Of a stretch of DNA of 48,117 bases, positions 1 to 8,512 are shown piece after piece (the first letter of the stretch is position 1; every line of letters starts with the position of its first letter). Made by a program: the position numbers and the translations under genes. The notes beneath the pieces were generated by a model. It saw only the letters and a program-made list of their open reading frames with translations, searched no databases and was not told the origin of the DNA. Origin of the DNA: SAR324 cluster bacterium (lineage in GTDB: Bacteria > SAR324 > NAC60-12); contig JAESQU010000215.1 in assembly GCA_016764995.1 (NCBI GenBank), positions 1-48,117 on the forward strand, read 5' to 3'.

Positions 1-613
1 GCCGGTCAAAGAAGGTGCGGATTTAATGACCGGCTCGACTTACAAAAGTTTTGGCGGTCCGCCTTCCGGAATGATTTTGACCAATTCCGCGGAATTGGCG
101 CAGCGTTTAGATAAAATTGCTTTTCCCGGACTTACCGCTAATTTTGATCTCAGTCGTGCAGCCGCAATGGTTATATCCGTTTTGGATTTGCTGACCCACG
201 GAAAGGAATATGCGCGGATGTGCATCGCCAACGCCAAGTCACTAGCGGAATCTCTGCATTCCGGAGGGTGTGAAGTATTTCATGTTTCCGGAAAAGGGTT
301 CACGAACTCATAACATGTGGCCGTTCCCGCTGCAGTTTTTGGTAGAGGAGACATTGCGTCAAAGCAGCTGGAAAAAGCTAATCTCCTTACCAGTGGAATT
401 GGTTTGCCTTTACCAGCGGTTGCGGTAGACTTCAACGCGATGCGACTGGGAACCCAGGAAATTACACGCTGGGGTATGCGTCCGGAAATTATGGAAACGA
501 TTGCGGACTTTTTCTGTCGTGTACTTGTCCAAAAGGAAAATTCGGAAAAACTAAAATCCGCAGTGATTGAATTCCGGAAAGAATTTCAAAAGCTGCATTA
601 CATTCGTGCTTAA
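1..613 (+). pseudogene. glyA: Serine hydroxymethyltransferase-like PLP enzyme, C-terminal part (5' end outside the window), interrupted by an in-frame TAA at 311-313
   Basis: ORFs 26-313 and 317-613 share one frame. They carry ADLMTGSTYKSFGGPPSGMIL (PLP-lysine motif, canonical TTHKTLRGPRGG) and the SHMT C-terminal RLGTQEITRWG motif. The stop may be real or a sequencing error. Confidence 0.75.
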
Positions 614-645
614 AGAACTTCTGGAGATTTATAAAAAAAGTTTGA

Positions 646-1119
646 TTAGTATATGTTTTCATAGCCGACTTCTTTTAAAAGCGCAATTTCGAGTTCCAGC
701 ATTTCACTGGCTTCATCTGCGGAACGTTCGTGATCCCATCCGGCGATGTGAGCACAACCATGTGCTAAAAGGCGAATAAGTTCTGTTTCAAAATCCCATC
801 CGTTTTCCTCGGCCTGTTTCCGGACTCGTTCCACAGAAACCACTAAATCACCTGCCAGTTCAACATCTTCAGATTCGTCAATTTTCGGTAAACTCAATTC
901 AACATCATCTTCAGTATATGGCCAGGAAAGGATATCCGTGGGACTGTTTTTGCTGCGGAATTGCTGATTTAGTTTTTGGATTTCCGTATCATCGGTGACG
1001 TACAGTGAAATGCCGCGCTCACTTTCAAACAAGTGCCATAGAAAAACTTTTAAAATCTCCGCGAGCTGTTTTTGATTTATCAAACCTTGCCAGTCAGCAT
1101 CGCAGCGGATTTCAATCAT
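646..1119 (-). CDS. ybeY: rRNA maturation endoribonuclease YbeY
   Basis: LNQQFRSKNSPTDILSWP, GDLVVS and HGCAHIAGWDH (HxxxHxxGxDH) motifs. Confidence 0.95.
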   Translation of the reverse strand: MIEIRCDADWQGLINQKQLAEILKVFLWHLFESERGISLYVTDDTEIQKLNQQFRSKNSPTDILSWPYTEDDVELSLPKIDESEDVELAGDLVVSVERVRKQAEENGWDFETELIRLLAHGCAHIAGWDHERSADEASEMLELEIALLKEVGYENIY

Positions 1120-2066
1120 GAGGTAATTTCGGAAAAGGAAAAGACGCGTAAATGAGCACTGCGGCTTCTGGGGTTACAGGAGACTTCACTTGCCGAAGCA
1201 TTCACCGGACGTCTCGTGAGAACTCTTCCCAATGGTTTTTCGCCACAAATACAGAACGGCAAATCAGTTGGACAAACACAGGGGTTTTCCCATTTCCGGA
1301 ATTGGTGTTTGACCATCCTGTCTTCTAAGGAATGAAATGAAATTATGGCCAAACGGCCATCCGGTTTTAGCCTTGACGGTGCCTCTTTCAACAAAATCCC
1401 AAGTTCATTTAACTCGTCATTTACTGCAATTCTCAGTGCCTGAAAAGTTAATGTGGCAGGATTAAAACCTGGTTTTTTGAAACGACGGGGCATGATGTCG
1501 CTCACCATGTCGGCAAGTTCCTTTGTCGTTTCAAACAGTTTTTTCTCACGTTCAGCCAGAATGGTGCTGACGATTTTCCGCGCAAAACGTTCCTCTCCAT
1601 AAGAGCGTAATATTGTAAGCAATTCGTGTTCACTTGAATTATTTACCAGATCCGCCGCAGTGAGGTGTTGACGATCTGGATCCATGCGCATGTCCAGCGG
1701 ACCTTCATGCATAAAAGAAAAACCGCGTTCCGGACGTGCAAGCTGATCAGAAGAAAAACCGATATCTGCCAAAATATAATCAAATCGAGGTTCCTCCCAA
1801 TTCTCAAAACACTCAGGCAATTCCGAAAAAGCGGCTTGCTTCAACCGGGTTTGATTTTCAAAAATTTTCAGGCAATCGGTCGCTGCTTTTAACGCATGCA
1901 GATCCCGATCAATGCCATACAAAATTGCTTCCGGAAATTTTTCTAACAAACGCCTGCTGTGTCCACCGCCGCCAAGAGTGCAATCCAAAATTGTTTGGGT
2001 TGCTTGCGGCGCGAAATCTACGACTTCGGCGGCTAAAACTGAAATGTGTTCAAATTGCGTTTTCAT
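1116..2066 (-). CDS. rsmH: 16S rRNA m4C1402 methyltransferase RsmH (MraW)
   Basis: HISVL, DCTLGGGGHS, RGFSF...GPLDMRM, FQALRIAVNDEL, ISFHSLEDRMVK, NPRSRSAHLR. Confidence 0.97.
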   Translation of the reverse strand: MKTQFEHISVLAAEVVDFAPQATQTILDCTLGGGGHSRRLLEKFPEAILYGIDRDLHALKAATDCLKIFENQTRLKQAAFSELPECFENWEEPRFDYILADIGFSSDQLARPERGFSFMHEGPLDMRMDPDRQHLTAADLVNNSSEHELLTILRSYGEERFARKIVSTILAEREKKLFETTKELADMVSDIMPRRFKKPGFNPATLTFQALRIAVNDELNELGILLKEAPSRLKPDGRLAIISFHSLEDRMVKHQFRKWENPCVCPTDLPFCICGEKPLGRVLTRRPVNASASEVSCNPRSRSAHLRVFSFSEITS

Positions 2067-2959
2067 TTGAAGCGAAACATTTTTTTTGCCGCAGAATGAT
2101 AGGGGTAAACTTTCCGGAAAGCAACGTTGTCAGAGCGAAGTAAATTTTGGAAAAGTATGTGAGGATTTAAGGCATCTTTTTGCGAGAAAATTAGTCTCAG
2201 CAAAGTTGTTGCCAAGCCCTCCGGAAAATCTCCACGCACGACTAAAACTGGATTCCATGCTACTCCGGCCAATGCTTCAGATTGATATGAAAATGAATTG
2301 GCCGGAAGTTTATGAGGCATTAGCCAAGGGTAATTTAATCGCAAAGAGCGTATCAGTTGCTGGTCCAATGCTAAAAGACGGATACCCGCAAATTGCTCAA
2401 GCCAGTTATTGATTTCCCGCAAAGGGACTGGACCTGAAACAGCCAGAACTTCTTCAGAAAAACCATCTGCGAAATCTGGAATTCTACGACCGTTGAACCA
2501 GTTTATTTCGGTTTGTGGCGCTAACTTTTTCCAGACTTGCACAAAATAGAGTGAATTATCATGCACCAGCAAAGTCTGTGTACTTTCGAGTGAAAGGAAT
2601 GGCCCCGGAACAGTACCTAAAACATACAACCAATTTTTCCAGAGTACAGACAAAACACGCAATCCAGGATGTTTTTTCAACTCTTCATGTGCGGATTTTG
2701 CGTCAATGATTGCTAGAGAAACCCTGTTATTTGAAAGTTGTGTCAGACGGTTTTCCGGTGAATTTTCCGTACCTATTTCAATTTTGGTTTTACTGGTTTT
2801 CCGGGATGATGCCCAGAGTCTGGACAGTTCATCAGCAAAAATATATGAACCTGTACCTGGAGAACCGGTCAGGATTATGTGTTGTGGTTTGCTCCATAAA
2901 GTCCCTGAAAAAGAACAAATCCAAAACAGTAGAAATATTTTTAAAATAACTTTCTTCAT
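2063..2959 (-). CDS. Secreted TAXI-family TRAP solute-binding-like protein (divergent)
   Basis: Signal peptide, N-terminal TGSPGTGSY motif and C-terminal PYHSAAKK, similar to TAXI PxHxGA. Confidence 0.6.
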   Translation of the reverse strand: MKKVILKIFLLFWICSFSGTLWSKPQHIILTGSPGTGSYIFADELSRLWASSRKTSKTKIEIGTENSPENRLTQLSNNRVSLAIIDAKSAHEELKKHPGLRVLSVLWKNWLYVLGTVPGPFLSLESTQTLLVHDNSLYFVQVWKKLAPQTEINWFNGRRIPDFADGFSEEVLAVSGPVPLREINNWLEQFAGIRLLALDQQLIRSLRLNYPWLMPHKLPANSFSYQSEALAGVAWNPVLVVRGDFPEGLATTLLRLIFSQKDALNPHILFQNLLRSDNVAFRKVYPYHSAAKKMFRFK

Positions 2960-2972
2960 AAAACCTGCTTAG

Positions 2973-3791
2973 TCACTGTTGGCATTCTGGACAAAAAAAT
3001 GTGCTCCTTTGCTGTTGCACTATGCGTTGAATAGGAACACCGCATTCCGGACATGCCTGATCATTTTTACCATAGACTTGGAGAAATTGCTGGAATGTTC
3101 CGGTTTTGTCATCAACTCTGCGGAAATCGGAAATTGTGGTCCCGTTATTTTTGATAGCTTCTTCGAGAATATTTTGAGTATTTTTAATAATTTTAGTCCA
3201 ATCTTTTTTAAGAAGCTTTCCGGCCACGCTCTGAGGATGAATCCGTGAGCGAAACAAAATCTCTGAGACATAAATGTTGCCGAGACCAACCACTATCTTT
3301 TGATCCAGTAATACAGTTTTAATTTCACGTTTGGAAGATGCCATTCGTTTGATGAAAAAACTGGGCTTCATCTCTCCAGAAAGCGGTTCGATTCCCAGCT
3401 TGAGCAATGACTTTGAATCTGCCAGCTTATCATATACCTCCAAGGTTCCAAAGCAGCGTATATCATCGAAAATCATGAGCCGACCGCTTTTTAAGTGAAA
3501 CCAGACTCGATTATATTTCGTAGGTTCCGTAAGCTGATCACTGACTATGAATTTCCCCGTCATGCGTAAATGAGCAATTAAATATCTTTCCGGCTGTAAA
3601 TGAAAAATTAAAAATTTGGCTCGGCGTGTAACATCCAGAAAGGTCATTCCGCACAACTGCTCCTGGAACGCATCAAGGTCTCCCTGAACTATTGGATTAC
3701 TGCGGAAAATTTCAACTGATGAAATTGCGTCTCCGCAGATTTCTTCACGTAATTCTCTAACGACTGTTTCTACTTCAGGTAGTTCCGGCAT
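2973..3791 (-). CDS. mutM: Formamidopyrimidine-DNA glycosylase Fpg/MutM
   Basis: MPELPEVETV N-terminus, HLRMTG, GLGNIYVSE, C-terminal zinc finger CPEC...RSTFFCPECQ. Confidence 0.97.
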   Translation of the reverse strand: MPELPEVETVVRELREEICGDAISSVEIFRSNPIVQGDLDAFQEQLCGMTFLDVTRRAKFLIFHLQPERYLIAHLRMTGKFIVSDQLTEPTKYNRVWFHLKSGRLMIFDDIRCFGTLEVYDKLADSKSLLKLGIEPLSGEMKPSFFIKRMASSKREIKTVLLDQKIVVGLGNIYVSEILFRSRIHPQSVAGKLLKKDWTKIIKNTQNILEEAIKNNGTTISDFRRVDDKTGTFQQFLQVYGKNDQACPECGVPIQRIVQQQRSTFFCPECQQ

Positions 3792-4364
3792 TTAGGTTTT
3801 ATTCTGCTTTGAGTGGTTGCTCTTCATGAAGGATATTCTATCTGAGTCAGATTCGACTCTCAATCACTTTTAACATCTCAGTTGTTTTAACTGAACTATT
3901 TGTAGAAAAAATGTCGTGAAATAGAAATATAATATTACTCTGACCCTAATTAATAAACTGCCCTCAATACCACCGTTTTGTACTCTCGAAGAAGTGCAAA
4001 CGACGTTTGTTAAAATTAGATTCTACAAGGATTTATTTGACTGAATTTAAGTTGACATCAAGCTTTATGGATTGTAGTGTAAGCAGAAAATTTAATACTT
4101 TGAACATGTTCTTAGCACAAATAATAATTTTCAGTGGGCAATACGAGGGGACTCTATAATTATGGACAAATGTCTGATATCCTTGTCATAGACTGGTAAT
4201 AGTGAGAATCCTAAATTATATGAAGTGAAAATTTAGCTTAAATGCTGGATAATATCGCATAATGATGGCATATACATCTTATAATAATTATTCGGGATAC
4301 AAACCGCTTGGGGCGAGACGAATAGAGCTCCCCCCTGAACTGAGAGCTTCTCAACCATTGCTAC

Positions 4365-4398
4365 TTGTCATCTTCATCAAAAGTGTGTATGATACACA
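4365..4398 (+). promoter_or_regulatory. Sigma70-type promoter of hicAB-1 with an overlapping palindromic operator
   Basis: TTGTCA (4365-70), 17-bp spacer, TATGAT (4388-93). Perfect inverted repeat TGTGTAT-G-ATACACA (4384-98) overlaps the -10 box, as expected for HicB autorepression. Confidence 0.7.
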
Positions 4399-4589
4399 TA
4401 AAAAATAGTCGAGAAATTATAAGGCGGTTAAAAAAAGATGGATGGCAACTACACCATATTAAAGGTGACCACCATCAGTTCAAACATCCGGAAATATCTG
4501 GAAAAGTTACTGTGCCGCATCCTAAAAAAGATTTTCCTATAAAAACTTTAAAGAGCATATATCAACAAGCCGGTTGGAATTGGAGATAA
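4389..4589 (+). CDS. hicA: HicA-family mRNA interferase toxin (start codon uncertain)
   Basis: NSREIIRRLKKDGW...KGDHHQFKHP...GKVTVPHPKKDFPIKTLKSIYQQAG is a classic HicA signature. Confidence 0.92.
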   Translation: MIHIKNSREIIRRLKKDGWQLHHIKGDHHQFKHPEISGKVTVPHPKKDFPIKTLKSIYQQAGWNWR

Positions 4590-4592
4590 ACC

Positions 4593-4994
4593 ATGAAATA
4601 CCCAATTGTATTACACAAAGAAAAAGATTCTGATTATGGAGTTACTATTCCTGATGTTCCAGGGTGCTACACTGCAGGTTCGACGATAGAAGAAGCAATA
4701 GCAATGGCTCAAGAAGCGATACAGTGTCATCTTGAGGGACTATTGATTGACAAAGAGCCACTTCCCTTAAGCTCTTCAATAGAAGAAAATCAAAAAAACC
4801 CTGATTTTGAAAATGGCATATGGGCAATAGTAGATATTGATATTGCTAAGCTATCAATAAAATCTAAAAGAGTAAATATAACTATTCCGGAAACGGTACT
4901 TCATTCAGTAGACAAATATGCCAAACAACATGGGGAATCACGTTCCGGGTTGCTTACTCAAGCCGTAACAGAATATATGGAAGTTCACAATTAA
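4593..4994 (+). CDS. hicB: HicB antitoxin with C-terminal ribbon-helix-helix domain
   Basis: YGVTIPDVPGCYTAGSTIEEAIAMAQEAI and KRVNITIPE...GESRSGLL; starts 3 bp after hicA. Confidence 0.93.
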   Translation: MKYPIVLHKEKDSDYGVTIPDVPGCYTAGSTIEEAIAMAQEAIQCHLEGLLIDKEPLPLSSSIEENQKNPDFENGIWAIVDIDIAKLSIKSKRVNITIPETVLHSVDKYAKQHGESRSGLLTQAVTEYMEVHN

Positions 4995-5012
4995 CAATAT
5001 GAAAAACAATCA

Positions 5013-5053
5013 CAACCAGTAGGACAGCAAAAAACCGATCTGTTTATTGGTTG
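5013..5053 (+). terminator. Imperfect hairpin downstream of hicB-1 (possible terminator)
   Basis: CAACCAGTAGGACAG pairs with CTGTTTATTGGTTG, using G-U pairs and one bulge. Confidence 0.4.
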
Positions 5054-5288
5054 CTAAGATGCTTTTGTGAAATGATTCCGGGGCTATTATCTACTTGTAA
5101 TGAATAATTGTAATGAATATCTATTATACAGGGAAGAGGTCTGATAATACCTAAGTCAGAGGTTTATACTGTTTAATTGACAGGATATTTTTTGTGAGTC
5201 AAAATTATCTGATTTACCGAATAATATCGGATTTTCAGGGGAAATGTAACTATTAATAATAAGATAACTCAATATTAAATGAGGGACA

Positions 5289-5596
5289 ATGAAAAAAATC
5301 CTCGTTTTAACATTAGCAACTATTGGCTTTACTGCTTGTAGTGTTACTTTGACTCGTGAGGGCCGAATGGTGTGAAAGATTCAAGCGGACTGGGCAAATC
5401 AGTGTAAATTTTAGGTACATCAGAATCTTCGAACGGGTCCGGTTTTATGGTGAAAGATGATATTAAAAACGCAAAGACTGAAATGAAGAACGATGTTGCT
5501 ATTCAAGGGGGAAACACTTATGTGATTACAGGGCAATATACAGATGGTTTCGGGACAACATTTGAATATGAAATTTTTAGATGTAAGGAGAGATGA
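5289..5596 (+). pseudogene. Disrupted small lipoprotein (DUF4156-like)
   Basis: RBS GAGGG then MKKILVLTLATIGFTAC (lipobox-like). In-frame TGA at 5373-75 and a frameshift near 5410. The rebuilt frame reads NQCKFLG...KNAKTEMKNDVAIQGGNT...YEIFRC. Absent from the ORF track. Confidence 0.6.
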
Positions 5597-5807
5597 TCAT
5601 GAGCATCAGAGGCATTGGAGCAGTTGTAATATTTTTATTTTGTTTTTTTAGGATTAATGTCAGTGGTTGGTAATGTACATGTCGCTGAGTTTTTTTGAAT
5701 ACTTGGCTTAGGTGCATTTGCTTCTGTTATTGCGTTCTTGAAATTACCAAAATCAAAAAAATAAGTAGATAATACCAATTCATATAATCAGCACTAATTT
5801 TCAGTGA

Positions 5808-6065
5808 ATGAGTAAGTACAGCAAATTGATATTTAAAATTCTTCATGGGGAATCGGACACGAATATTTCCTTTAATGATCTTTGTCATTTACTCAAAAAA
5901 TTAGGTTTTGAAGAACGAATACGAGGAAGTCATCATCTTTATAGAAAGGAAGGAGTAGAAGAAAAGATAAATCTCCAAAGGGAAGGGGCACAAGCAAAAT
6001 CGTATCAGGTAAAACAAGTTCGAAATATTTTATTGAAATATCATTTAGGGAATCAAGAGGATTAA
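5808..6065 (+). CDS. hicA: Second HicA-family toxin
   Basis: NISFNDLCHLLKKLGFEERIRGSHHLY...INLQ...AKSYQVKQVR. Confidence 0.9.
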   Translation: MSKYSKLIFKILHGESDTNISFNDLCHLLKKLGFEERIRGSHHLYRKEGVEEKINLQREGAQAKSYQVKQVRNILLKYHLGNQED

Positions 6066-6067
6066 TT

Positions 6068-6280
6068 ATGGATAAATACGAAATTATTATTTATTGGAGT
6101 CAGGAGGACCAACTTTTTATATGTGAAATCCCGGAGCTTCCAGGGTGTTCTGCCCACGGGGGGAGTCAAGAAAAAGCATTGAAAAATATTAAAGACGCAA
6201 TGCAATTGTGGATTGATACCGCAAAAGAATTTGGAGATATAATTCCAGAACCTAAAAAACGAAGGCTGATGTTTGCATGA
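6068..6280 (+). CDS. hicB: Short HicB-family antitoxin lacking a DNA-binding domain
   Basis: YEIIIYWSQEDQLFICEIPELPGCSAHG...AMQLWIDTAKEFGDIIPEPK. Confidence 0.9.
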   Translation: MDKYEIIIYWSQEDQLFICEIPELPGCSAHGGSQEKALKNIKDAMQLWIDTAKEFGDIIPEPKKRRLMFA

Positions 6281-6439
6281 CTATCCGATAATCCCCACCT
6301 TTTTTTCTTGCAGATTGTTCCACACTTTGCTTTTTGCCGAAGGGTATTTATGAAGTTAGTGTGCACACAAATGCCTGTTTTTATTTAGGTAATATCTTTG
6401 CGTCATCCTAAAAATATTCTGATTAGTATTGAGGGAATA

Positions 6440-6706
6440 ATGGCAGTTGGATGGGCCCGTGAGGGGGCTGTACAGGAGCAAATTGATGCTACTATAGCAG
6501 ATGCGGTTGAGTTGGCAAGAAGTCGTTTGACTGATGGGGAAAGCTATATTCAATGTGAAGAATGCGAATCCTTGATCCCGGAAGCGCGGCGCAAAGCAGT
6601 GCCCGGAGTTCGCCTTTGTGTTGGCTGTCAGTCAGAATTGGAAAAACATCAAACCTCGATCAATTATTTCAACCGCAGCGGCAGTAAAGACAGCCAGCTC
6701 AAGTGA
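6440..6706 (+). CDS. ybiI: DksA/TraR-family C4 zinc-finger protein (YbiI-like)
   Basis: MAVGWAREGAVQEQID...CEECESLIPEARRKAVPGVRLCVGCQ...NRSGSKDSQLK; RBS GAGGG before the ATG at 6440. Confidence 0.88.
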   Translation: MAVGWAREGAVQEQIDATIADAVELARSRLTDGESYIQCEECESLIPEARRKAVPGVRLCVGCQSELEKHQTSINYFNRSGSKDSQLK

Positions 6707-6727
6707 ATGGATCTGAGAAGGTGCTGA

Positions 6728-8356
6728 TCACGAACGTATTTTACCCCAGGGAGTTCCCTTTAGTCTATGCGCAGCGAGCCACCAACCCAATATTCCGCAG
6801 ATGATTGCCGTAGCAATTGGCGCGGTTAACCAGAGAACAGGATCTATGCTCAAAGGCAAATTTGCTTCCACTGCAGGTGCGACATATTGACTACCTAAAA
6901 ACGCGGCCGGATCGTTGCTTTTTTGGAGACCGTTCGGTAGAGAAAATTTTAGAGTTGAAAGTCCAAGTGTGGCCAGCCAAGTCAGCAACACCCCAAGTGT
7001 TCCACCAAAAAATCCTTGAAACGCAGCCTCAGCAGAAAGCTGTTTCCGGACATGTTTACGACTACAGCCGATAGCACGGAAGACCGCTGCTTTGCGTTGC
7101 CGCTCCCCCATTGCTCCACGTAAAAAGATGATCAAAAGCAGTAATGCCAGCACAGCCGCAACCGAGGTGGTGACTTGCTGAAATTGTCCGGTTAAACGGG
7201 AAAGTGTTCCGAGCAGTGTTAAAAAAGAATCGGCGCTAACGACGCTGGAATTCGGAATTATTTTCTGGATGGAAACTTTTGCAACATCTGCTTTTGAAGG
7301 ATCGGAGACACGCAGGAAAAGCTGATTGACATGACCGTCCTCCATTTTTACCAACTGCCGCGCTTCGTTGATGTCCAGAAAAAATTTAGCGGAGGCGATT
7401 TGACTGCCTTTCTGAATATCCACGATGCCGGTTATGGTAAAAGTAGCACTGCCGATAGCTATAGTTTTTCCGGGTTTCAGGTTATAAAACGCACCATAAT
7501 GACGTTCGACCAATGCTTCATATTTTCCTGCTTTTGGCATGCGGCCTTTTATCAGCCATTCCTTGACTATCGCGGGGCCGATCAGGTTTTCCGGATTTGT
7601 CGTTTCATTTTCGTTTTCAATTGCGGATTGGAGGGGAATTCCACTAACGCTGAAAAATTTTCCAGGCGAAAAATTCCAGAGCAAAACCGTTCCCATGACT
7701 TCTGTCACACCTTCAATTGTACGCAGGGAATTCCAGTTTTTTTCAGCAATTAGCTGCGCGGAATACGGAATCATCAGTCCCATTGTTTCCGGCAGCGCGG
7801 ATTCTGTTCTGCCCTGTTGAACAACCAAATCGGCATCCAGATTTTTAAACGTGAGCTGTGCCAATGACTGAAAGCCCACACCGAGAACAGGCAGCAAAAT
7901 CACCATCCACCAATGCTTCCACAGGCAGAATTTCCGCATCCAGCGGACTTCCTGAAATCAATTGTGAATTCAATCCGGGGATTCCTGAAGTACCTTTGGA
8001 GTCAACTCCCAACAGGGACTGGAATTTATTTTGAGACAAGTCCCATAAAAAAACAGCTCCGGTGGCCGGACGACTCCAGGAAGTTTGCTAATTTTCTCAA
8101 TCGCTGTTGCAGGAAGCTGTGCGGTGGGGTGTGGGAAAACGAGTCCTTCCAGCTTTTTCGGAATGTCTCCGGAAAGCTGTACGACAATATCCGCACCTAC
8201 ATTTTCAAGCGGAAGCCGCAATGCGTCTGACGATACGCGGCTGATTGCGGTCAACGTGACTGCCATGAAAACCACCAGCGCAATGCTGATCAAAGTGACC
8301 GCGCTTCTGCCGATGCGATAAAAAAGTTCTTGTTTGAGATAATTAAATCGACTCAT
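6728..8356 (-). pseudogene. MacB/FtsX-type ABC permease remnants: two tandem paralogues joined by an apparent deletion, with a frameshift
   Basis: 8356 to ~7890 encodes the N-terminus of one permease (frameshift near 8066). ~7890 to 6728 encodes a second permease lacking its start (ADLVVQ, GDIVVQ-like; ERQRKAAVFRAIG FtsX motif). No adjacent ATPase gene. Confidence 0.7.
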
Positions 8357-8512
8357 TCCGGTTATCTTAAAAGTAAAAATTATTTGCTTGATTGAGCTTA
8401 AAGAGAATCAGAATAACAGAAGAATATGAAGAAAATATGAAGAAATTGTGGGAAAGTGGAGAAGGATGCGGATGCTGAAATTTTCTGGAATTGTTCCGGA
8501 AAAATCAGTCGA

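Noticed and set aside
4252-4280. Chromosomal dif site
   Set aside because: Only an XerC-like arm (ATATCGCATAA) is present; the XerD arm TTATGTTAAAT is absent.
4990-5060. Integron attC site after hicB-1
   Set aside because: A bulged hairpin exists, but RYYYAAC/GTTRRRY boxes are not convincingly placed and no integrase is present.
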